From: Octopus sinensis
Taxonomy: Eukaryota
NCBI RefSeq assembly: GCF_006345805.1
Contig: NC_043002.1
Coordinates: forward strand, 63,240,001-63,304,000
Length of the DNA: 64,000 nt
Direction: 5' to 3'
The first letter of the stretch is position 1; the number at the start of each line of letters is the position of its first letter. The position numbers and the translations under genes are program-made. The notes beneath the pieces were generated by a model that worked only from the letters and a program-made list of their open reading frames with translations, was not told the DNA's origin and searched no databases. Positions 54,110-64,000 of the stretch are shown in pieces.

Positions 54110-54375
54110 GCACTCTAAATATATAAATTCTTAAATCCTTTAAAAATGTAGCCATGCTGGGGCACCACCGTTGAATGAGCTACACTAGCATGTGAAGCAT
54201 TTCTGATACGTGGCACTTGATCAACAAGCGAGTTCGACGCCACTGCCCGCATCTGTGTTTCCTGACCGAGAGGTAGTATTATATGGAACCCCTGACAAGA
54301 AGAGATCCAGTTTAGTTTTAAGGAAACCCAAATCCACACAATGCAGGCATTTAGGAAGGATATTGAAGAGCTGTG

Positions 54376-54413
<38 letters not shown>

Positions 54414-54617
54414 CATAAGGGACTAAAGCCATCTGAATATGGCTAGGGACAGGGCAGGGTGGTGGGGGTGTTACTGTTGCATTTAGCCCCAGGCGAACAT
54501 CAACGTCGCCAGATAGGCTTGACACCATCACGGTGTCCTTTATCCTGCAAAGGGAGATAATTCCCCGATGAAGCGGAAACCACACACGGATATATATATA
54601 TATATAAATGTATATAA

Positions 54618-54655
<38 letters not shown>

Positions 54656-54708
54656 TACATACATAAAATATATACATATATAATCATATATATATATATC
54701 ATATATAT

Positions 54709-54745
<37 letters not shown>

Positions 54746-54764
54746 TATATATATATATAATATA

Positions 54765-55165
54765 GGATACAAATGGGTAATTTATCACTATTTTTATATT
54801 TTTAATTTCGCACATGTACATTTAAAAAAAAAAATTATCGACAGTACAGTATAGGAGGACAGTTGCGTACTGTCTCTGAGAGAAACACCACCATTACACA
54901 ATTCTTTCTGTCAGAGACTTGGAAATGATATACTGTACTAGTTGGCATTCGAAGTGAAAGCTCTAATACGAACATTTCCGAGCGTTTGGGTGTTAATCTG
55001 AAAATAGTGCAATCTCAGGGCATGTATCGAGAGTGATAAAAATGAAACATCCAGTAAACATAATGATGTTTGGAGCGATCACTAGTGGTGATGACGTTAT
55101 GCATCCAATCATATTTACACACGGCCTCAGACTCAACACGGAGGTCTACATCAAGTGCACCTTCA
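54765..55165 (+). mobile_element. Deleted Tc1/mariner-superfamily (maT-like) transposon fragment
   Basis: [38 protein letters not shown] resembles KHP..VMVFG....G..MPP.IF..GL..N...Y. Confidence 0.7.
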
Positions 55166-55280
55166 TCCATTATATAAATCAATTTCATTCATTTATAATG
55201 CATGTATATATATTTTCATACATCCATATTTATGTATATACATATACACACACAAACACGCACATATATATATATAAAGA

Positions 55281-55338
<58 letters not shown>

Positions 55339-55404
55339 TACATACACGTATATATATATATATATTATATATATATATAATATAATATATAAATATGTAC
55401 ATTA

Positions 55405-55462
<58 letters not shown>

Positions 55463-56554
55463 GAGAAAGAGAAAGAGATATATAATGATGCCAATAACCA
55501 AACTTAGGTTTGATATATAAAATATACATACATACATATATTTATATGAATTATATAAAAGGACGAATAGAGAAACAAAAGAAAATATTAAAAAGCTGAA
55601 CATTCTCGAAAAAGTATAAGCGTAAATATTTTTATATTTACAGAACAGGTTCACATGTACCATAAACAATACGTGTTTTTTACATTGAATATCATTACCT
55701 GTCCGTCTGTCTGTTTGTATATGTGTATGTATCTGTGTTGCTTACGTGATAGTCAATGGTGGTGTGTCTCTAAAGAAAATAGTCGATATTTTCATATGAA
55801 TAAATCAAATGAGTTGTTTCCTTATACAGCAATGTAGTCTTATCCACATCATATTCACTCCATACTTACAAAACGTGCGGTAAATACATATATAACCACA
55901 TATTGTTTGCTCAGACTGGTGTGTTAACTCCACTACATATACTTGTCAATTCACCAAGAAATTTATCCAACATAATTCATCTAAATGGGAATAGAAAATA
56001 TAAGCAATTGAATGATCGACGTAATAATATGGCCGTTTAATGAATATATTTTATTCAATATTGATGCAGCTTCTCCAAATAATAACTGCTGACACATTTG
56101 TATATTCATATGTGTGCGTGCGCGTTTGTGCATGCATGGGTACGTGCGCAAGCACGTGTGTTTATTTCATAAGTGACAGTCTAATTTGAATTACGCCTGA
56201 AGCTCGACAAAACCTTGCAGAAAATTAAATAAAATACTATGAACTAATATTCATGAAGAAAATCATTGAAAAACGAAAATGTCAGTCTGACTGCCAGTTT
56301 TAACAGATACATAGTGAAAAAGAAAATGTCCGTCTGACTGCCAAGAATAACTATTGGATGGAGGACTAAAAGATCCAAGAAGTTCTGAATTTCTCATTTG
56401 AGAAAATTCATCTAAATACGACATAGTATAAATTTGAAAATTAGATTTACATTCAAATAATAAGGAATCTCTTACGTTAAAAAACAGTTCATAATAATTG
56501 GATTTCATCGTGTGTGTACATATGTATATATATATATATATATGTATGTATATA

Positions 56555-56557
56555 TGT

Positions 56558-56641
<84 letters not shown>

Positions 56642-56646
56642 TTATC

Positions 56647-56706
<60 letters not shown>

Positions 56707-56745
56707 GTATGTCTGTCTATCTATCTATCTATCTATCTATCTATA
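56555..56745. repeat. (ATCT)n microsatellite
   Basis: Directly visible; source of the YLSI/SIYL ORFs. Confidence 0.95.
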
Positions 56746-56852
56746 TTTATAAACTTAACTTAAACAGGATTCAGATAATCCTATCAGGTGGTGCTATTAG
56801 TTAGACATGGCCTGGTACAATCTTTGGTCGAAACATATCTAATTTTATCTAA

Positions 56853-56900
<48 letters not shown>

Positions 56901-56901
56901 A

Positions 56902-56941
<40 letters not shown>

Positions 56942-57022
56942 TATATAGATATATATAATATGTATATATATATATATATATATTATATATGTATATATAT
57001 ATATATAATGTATATATATATA

Positions 57023-57094
<72 letters not shown>

Positions 57095-57859
57095 ATATAT
57101 ATATGTATATAGTATTCGGAAAAATTCAATTTAGTATCATATATTGATTATTCATTTTTATACGTTTTGTGATCTAGTCATATGTTTATAATTTTTTTTT
57201 TTCTTTATGATTTGGCTTATGTCTATCATTATTTGAATTACATTATAGTGTTTTTCTCTAATTTATATATATATATATATATATATATTATTATATATAT
57301 TTAAGTATGAGTGTCAGCGTTTCTCCTCCCACAATCGCTTGAAAACCGATGTTGGTATGTTTACCTCCCCATAACTAAGCGTTTCGGCAAAACGGACATA
57401 TAGAGAATAAGTCCTGGAGCCGATTCCTTCGAATAAAGGCGGTGCACCAGCATGGCAGCCGTTAAATGACTGAAACGTGTCTAAACAGTAAAAACAGAGT
57501 AAATTCGATTTTCTGTTAACATTACAGTTAATGCTATACTATATAAATCGTGTGTTTCGAGAAAAGCCTACATACTTATTTGTTATTTGTGCATAGTCGA
57601 GCAGTAAATTCTCCAAGCGTATAACTTCATCTCAAACACCAAGTGCTTAAACTTACACATCGTAATTAAGTATATTAATAGATGAGTCTAACGAAATATA
57701 TATAAAAAAGGAATTGAAGAATTTCACTTTACTAAACGTCGCTTTCCATTTACGAAACGGAGAATGTATGTATGTATGTTTGTATGTATGTATGTATGTA
57801 TGTATGTATGTATGTATGTATGTATGTATGTCTGTATGTATGTATGTATGTATGTATGT

Positions 57860-58890
57860 CATTATTCAGTTTATTTCAAGATGTCTCTCTAATAGAGAAA
57901 GAAACAGTTTCTAAGCTTGAGCCAGTGGAATTTCCTTCAGTGGAATTTTAACATCAACAACAGGGTATTTTTGTATGTATGTATGTGTATATGTATGTGT
58001 AATGTATGTATTCTCATGTTTATAGTTGTATATCTAGAGATGCTTATATATATATAAATGATAAACGTCTGGAAAGTTTTTCAGGTTTTTACAGTTCCAG
58101 CAATGGATTGAACCTAGTCTTCAACTTAGCTTTCTTCTTTTTGGTTTTGAGAAGCCTAATTGTTCAAGATTTGTATTTAGGCAGTGTGCTAAATATCCCA
58201 GGGCCCCAATAATTACAAGAATAAACCTGAACTTGTAATCTGGATAGAGTAACTGCAAATTTCTCAAGAGTTCAGCATAGGTATTCTCTTTCCCACTGAT
58301 CTTCATCCTTAACATCCGCTGGTCAGCTAATTTCCACAACTGTACACAGTTTCTCTTCTCTATCACAAATGATTATATCAGGTCTGTAGTGCTTAGATTT
58401 TGTTGAGGTCTGCACTGGTAGATTGCACTGGTAGATTCCTTTATTTCTTTGTCCCCGGGATTATCCTTCCGACGGATTTCATTATAGAGTGTCCTAGGTA
58501 CAGCATAATGTCCCAGTAGATAATACCGTTATGACATTTTCAGGCAACTGCTTATGTTATTTTCAGTGTGAAATCCACAAAGTCTGTATCGGTTGTCTCA
58601 ATTTACGGCTTTTACTGCATCTCTCTCCCTATTATGCATCAGGTACTTGGTTGACATTTACTGTCCCTAGATTGCAAACGCATACCCTTTAAAGTGGGAT
58701 GTAGTTATCCGGCTATTGGTCCATAATGAACTGCTTTGATGATCGATGTTTCTATCATTACGGAGCTTTCTACTACCATATCCATGCGTAATCTTCTGCA
58801 CATCTAGGCTGATCCTTTCATCTGATGATACGTTGCGGTGGTGTCATGCGACTTCTTTGAGCATGTATTCTAGGTTATCAAACGGAGAGT
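57860..58890 (-). mobile_element. REL-type LINE family D3, longer 3' fragment with zinc knuckle
   Basis: CRLCGFHTE...HYAVPRTLYNEI (CCHC-like), then the REL region homologous to 42020; the 3' end runs into a long (CATA)n array at 57765-57860. Confidence 0.85.
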
Positions 58891-58996
58891 ATGCTCAAGT
58901 CTTTTGATGTTATCAGCCCCATGTGTATATGTGTATATATATATTTATATCTATATCTATCTATGTCTCTATGTATCTATCTCTACCTTTATCTCT

Positions 58997-59037
<41 letters not shown>

Positions 59038-59169
59038 TTCAATATGGTATATAAATACCGCATGCTATAATCAGAGCCATCGCTCTAAAACCACCAGTAA
59101 CTCACTATTAAGATATACACGGGCAATGCGATGAACATAGGAAAAATAGGCTTACCTTGCGTGGAATAG

Positions 59170-60062
59170 TTAGTTAGTTAGTTAGTTAATTTTTTGGCTC
59201 AAAAAGCAAAAGCAAGGCCATGTAGGGGGACATGCAGTTATGTACAGGGTGGTGTTCATGTAAAGAGTTCAGGCCACTTGTGGTCAAGGGAGATTTTGAA
59301 CCGAGCGGTCGTCGGCATCTTCACCATCTCGTCCGGCAGCTTATTCCACGGATCCTCAACCCGGACGTAAAAGGCCCCTCTCCTTCGATTGAGATGAAAT
59401 CGTCGCAGATAGAGCTTTTCGGAATGACCCCGCAGCCAACGCTCTGGAGCAGGAGTAAAGAATAGCTCTTTCGAGAGGTTACACTTTCCGCTTATGATGT
59501 AGTGAGCAAGAATGAGATCACCACGGCGTCGTCGTTTTTCTAGAGAATAAATGTCGAGCGTCTTCAGCCTTTCTTCATAAGACACATTCTTGAGACCAAG
59601 AAACATGCGGGTAGCCAGCTTCTGGACTCTTTCGAGATGCTGTATGTCTTTGAGGATAGAAGGAGAAGAGGCTTGAATCCTGTACTCCAATATGGGTCTC
59701 ACCAGCATGACATAGAGCGGTAGGAATATGGCTGCTGTGAGCATTCCGAATGACCGTGGAATCAAGAACAGAACTCCGTGTGCTTTGTTGGCAGCATAGA
59801 CACACTGGGCCGAAGGCGAAAAGGAGGAATCCACCAAGATACCCAGGTCCTTTACTTGATCGGTCTTCTCCAGCAGCAGACAACCCAGCTCGAAATCAAG
59901 TTGAGTTGCAGGAGGAGAGCCAACAGGCAGATGACAGCACTTTGACACGTTCAGACACAGGTCCCATTCATTAGACCATCTCCAAATTTGGTGGAGGCAT
60001 CGACGAAGATCCTCTATATCACCGCGAGGAGCGACCAGTTTGGCATCGTCGGCAAATAGAAG
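59170..60062 (-). mobile_element. 5'-truncated CR1-group LINE, young-looking
   Basis: Begins at LFADDAKL (RT motif); ends GAGCCAAAAAAT(TAAC)n. Confidence 0.92.
59256..59948 (-). pseudogene. CR1 ORF2 C-terminal fragment (230 aa), reverse transcriptase thumb and C-terminal region
   Basis: VKDLGILVD, LYVMLVRPILEY, LERVQKLATR, YEERLKTLDIYSLEKRRRRGDLI, LRGH, WNKLP motifs. Confidence 0.92.
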
Positions 60063-60409
60063 GGTGTGTTGCTTGTGTTACATAAGTAAGGAAAGTATGC
60101 TTCAATCAAGTAACGTCAGAGAAGTGCACAAATAACATCGGTTATCAGATTATCACCTGTACCCTTGACAAAAGATGCCAGTTAGTTTTACACACCTACT
60201 ACTCTCGTTCGGATTATCCCGAGTTGCTGGATAAATTTCTTTCCTTTAAGAATATTGTAGAACGGAAACTTTTCATAGATTGGAATTTAAATACTAACCT
60301 GTACAGAAATTTATTGCTTCAACAAAATATTGAATTTGAATTACATTTAATCTTTACGATTATAGATAACAACTCAGGCTGTAACTTCTGAACCATAGTC
60401 AGGCGCCTG

Positions 60410-60600
60410 TGAGCGATGTAGAGAGAATGTCTTCTACGAACAATTCTCTCTTTGTTTATTTCATCTTATTCCTTTCTGTTGAAGAGTGTATGCTCGAAGC
60501 GTAAAAGAACTTCACATTTTCCCGAGCGTCCAACTAATACATCTGCTTGTTGTTAACACACCTGTCTTCATCTTTCACTTTTCTGAAAATTTCAACTATA
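60410..60600 (+). repeat. Penelope-like-associated repeat with degenerate hammerhead-like motif (60472-60507)
   Basis: cttt-CTGTTGA-a-gagt/gtat/gctc-GAAG-c-g-TA-aaag. Confidence 0.45.
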
Positions 60601-60764
60601 AATATATAATCCGATATTATGTAGGTTAGATATAGTAATAACGTCAATCTCTCGATGGAATTTATAAATAATTTATAAATCACGCGTTACGATGCATTAA
60701 ATTATTTATAAATTCCATTCAAATATTATTGTTACTACTGGTAAATATCTTCCACTATACCCTC

Positions 60765-61245
60765 GAGCCGACTAAAGCCTTGTGAGTGGATTTGGTCGAC
60801 AGAAACTGAAAGAAGCCCGCTGTGTGTATATATATACACACTGTGTGGTAAGTAGCTTGCTAACCAACCACATGGTTCCGGGTTCAGTCCCACTGCGTAG
60901 CATCTTGGGCAAGTGTCTTCTGCTATAGCCCCGGGCCGACCAATGCCTTGTGAGTGGATTTGGTAGACGGAAACTGAAAGAAGCCTGTCGTATATATGTA
61001 TATATATATAAGTGTGTGTGTATATGTTTGTGTGTCTGTGTTTGTCCCCCTAGCATTGCTGGACAACCGATGCTGGTGTGTTTACGTCCCCGTCACTTAG
61101 CGGTTCGGCAAAAGACCGATAGAATAAGTACTGGGCTTACAAAGATAAGTCCCGGGGTCGATTTGCTCGACTAAAGGCGGTGCTCCAGCATGGCCGCAGT
61201 CAAATGACTGAAACAAGTAAAAGAGTAAAAAGAGTAAAGAGTAAT
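60765..61245 (+). mobile_element. SINE family A preceded by a short internal fragment of another copy
   Basis: The GCCTTGTGAGTGGATTTGG...GAAAGAAGCC segment occurs twice (60777 and 60945). Confidence 0.85.
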
Positions 61246-61275
61246 ATGCATATATACACAAACACACACACACAT

Positions 61276-61358
<83 letters not shown>

Positions 61359-61789
61359 GTAGCGTGAGTGAAGCCGAAACTCAGCTGCAGAGATGCGAGC
61401 AACCATTGCTTATCTCTCTCAAGTAATATATCTAGGATTATATTATTCTACATATTTATTTTTACACATGTCTCCAATTTTAAATGAAGAGGATTACGAA
61501 TATATGCAACTAAATCAATAATATGGCAGGATATTTGTTCGTGGTGCATTCATGTTCTTCGAAACTGTGGCTTCTCTTTATTATATTGTGTAGTGTGAAG
61601 TTAATTCCGAATAAGGTGTGAAATTAAATGCAGTTAAGTTGAAATGAAAGTGTGATTGCGGATAGTGTCAGTAAGTGGAAGAATCCTACATTTTGTCAAC
61701 ATTCCTCTAAAACCATTCATCACCTTTCGTGGTCTGACTGACATAAATAAAAACGAGACATATATTAATTTAAAATTTTAGCAGAAAGC

Positions 61790-61950
61790 CAACGGTTCTG
61801 GTGGATGGGCCAAGTTGTTTATATCGACTCTAGTGCCCGAAGGGTTGAAAGGTAAAATCTACCTCGGCGGGATTTGAACTCAGAAAATGAAACCGGAATA
61901 AATGCTGCGAAGCATTTTGCTTGCCGTGTTAGCAATTCTGCTAGCTCACG
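61790..61950 (-). mobile_element. Old SINE family B copy
   Basis: GAAAGGTAAAATCTACCTCGGCGGGATTTGAACTC; head remnant TTCTGCTAGCTCAC. Confidence 0.65.
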
Positions 61951-62140
61951 GTTTAATATTCACTTATATTAAAATGAAATGTATAAGAGGGTGTAAGCAC
62001 GCTAGCTTGTGGGTGCATGCACTGATATATTGGCTGAGCTGCAAGCAGTTTTAGAGGCATGCGAAGAAATTTCAAAAGAAAAAAAAAGAAAGAAAGAAAA
62101 ATACACAAGTGCTAATCGTAGAACAAATGTCCTCAAATAC

Positions 62141-62219
62141 CTCGTATTCACTGGAGTTGTAGATTTCCAGTTGTATCACTTGTTCTTCCCAGAATGGGGA
62201 GATTTCATTTTCAGTGCTT
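62141..62219 (-). CDS. Candidate exon (79 nt; xSTENEISPFWEEQVIQLEIYNSSEYE)
   Basis: Acceptor aattattccaatttaag, donor GAG|gtattt; one open frame, phase 2 to 0, compatible with the 52555 exon. Confidence 0.3.
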
Positions 62220-63092
62220 CTTAAATTGGAATAATTTATGTACTCTTTTATAAGAATTAGATCATCGGACAAGATTGACAATTAATTGTTAAAGTTTTAT
62301 TGGTCTGCAGAAAGATTTATGGATATATTGTACAATAGCCTGAGGTATATCTTATAAATATAGCTTCATACCACACGTATTTGCAGCTATGTTGACAGAA
62401 AAGCATCTAAATTATTTTCAAAATATGGTAATCAACTACAAAATGAGCGACACAAAGATGGGTGAGGTTTGGTAAGCCATTGTCTTCGCTACAGACAGCT
62501 GTTGGATTGGAGGAAAATATTATGTAGCTTGGGTGACAAACATCTGTTCTTAATTCTTAGATATGTGACACTTTCGCATGGCTTAATCGTTTTTGATGAT
62601 ATTCGATGATAGTTTTTTTTTTTTTTTTTTTTTGGTTTTTATAAGTCCGCTTAACAGAAACAAGTTGTAGAAACCACGAACGCTCTAATCGCATTTGATT
62701 AGATTGAAAATAATTTTAATAACCACCACATTATATGCTTTTTTTAGTGTCAGATAGATTAAAGTAGGGAGTGGTAAATATATAGACCTTGGGACATATG
62801 TTTGTTTGTAATGATATGTTTGTTTTGATAAACGATTGAAACGTTGTACACGTACACTAGAATGTTATTCCACTACCTACTGAATGGAAATCGTATTCCC
62901 TGAGAGCGTGTTAACGTATGAAATGAAATACAAACATATACACTTAGACACACACAGGCATGCGGCATAGGCGCAGGCGTAGCAGTGTGGCTAGCTTCCC
63001 ATTCACAAGGTTCAGGAGTGACCACTCAACCGTCTAGCTGAGTGGATTTGGTAGATGGACTCCCATCGCATATATATATATATATATATATA

Positions 63093-63139
<47 letters not shown>

Positions 63140-63313
63140 ATGTGTCTGTATGTGTGTGTATCAATCTATCTATCTATCCATATATATATCTATCTATGTA
63201 GATAGAGAGATAGATAGATAGATATCCACAAGGTTCAGGAGTGACCACTCAACCGTCTAGCTGAGTGGATATGGTAGATGGACTCCCATCGCATATATAT
63301 ATATATATTAGAA

Positions 63314-63535
63314 GGCGGCGAGCTGGCAGAAACGTTAGCACGCCGGATGAAATGCTAAGCGGTATTTCGTCTGCGTTACGTTGTGAGTTCAAATTCCGCC
63401 GAGGTTGACTTTGCCTTTCAAACTTTCGGGGTCGATAAATTAAGTACCAGTTCCGCACTGGGGTCGATGTAATCGACTTAATACCTATGTCTGTCCTTGT
63501 TTGTCCCCTCTGTGTTGGCCCCTGTGGGTAATAAA

Positions 63536-63540
<5 letters not shown>
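63314..63540 (+). mobile_element. SINE family B, full-length
   Basis: GGCGGCGAGCTGGCAGAAACGTTAGCACGCC...GAGTTCAAATTCC...central domain...GTGGGTAATAAAGAATA. Confidence 0.9.
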
Positions 63541-63578
<38 letters not shown>

Positions 63579-63596
63579 ATATATATATGTGTGTGT

Positions 63597-63635
<39 letters not shown>

Positions 63636-64000
63636 TTATTTGTGTGTGTGTATGTGTGTGTATCAATCTATCTATCTATCTATGTAGATAGAGAGATAGA
63701 TAGATAGATCAATAGATAGACAGATACATAGATATGCGTGTATGAGTGTATTTATTCTTAAGATGATTCTAATATGCATTCTTCTTCAATATACATTCTA
63801 TTTCATCATCGTTTTATTTTGTCAACAAACATTTTAGTTATAAAACCGTTAGATCCACTTCAGCATAGATTTAATTTGCCAAAATGAGATGCAGCACAAA
63901 ATTTTGTCAGTGATCCGGTCGCGTTCTGAAAGTGACGAAAATAGTTTGGCAAATTAAATTAAAATTTGTTGTTTATCGAACGGCTTTTTGTGTGCTTTTA

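Noticed and set aside
54560-54590. CCGATGA-agcg-GAAAC string
   Set aside because: Stems II and III cannot form; at best a truncated relic.
55870-55983. Exon-like segment with strong acceptor and donor on the minus strand
   Set aside because: Stops in all three frames; it could only be non-coding and has no other support.

Overview
AT-rich (visibly low-GC) eukaryotic, largely intronic/intergenic DNA with very dense (TA)n/(CA)n/(ATAG)n/trinucleotide microsatellites. The SINE repertoire and repeat style point to an octopus (coleoid cephalopod); this is inferred from recalled repeat families, not searched. Most entries in the ORF track are microsatellite artefacts. Supported content: (1) more than 20 tRNA-derived SINE copies from at least four modular families; (2) 5'-truncated LINEs: CR1-group (one with an intact 230-aa 3' ORF), RTE, and three restriction-like-endonuclease (R4/Dong-type) families sitting in (TAA)n, (CAA/TAA)n or (CATA)n arrays; (3) mariner/Tc1 remnants and MITEs; (4) a tentative multi-exon gene on the minus strand (terminal exon 7742-7937, candidate exons at about 14.3, 20.3, 52.5 and 62.2 kb) whose product I cannot name. 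The most striking signal is a set of minimal type-I hammerhead ribozyme motifs of the Penelope-like kind. Four of the five loci lie within or between long, near-perfect DNA inverted repeats, mostly bounded by TA-rich or (TA)n sequence (3.4, 3.7-4.1, 26.0-26.3 and 42.7-42.9 kb); the fifth is a degenerate copy at 60.5 kb. All alignments and folds were done by eye, so repeat boundaries are approximate (about +/-10-20 nt).
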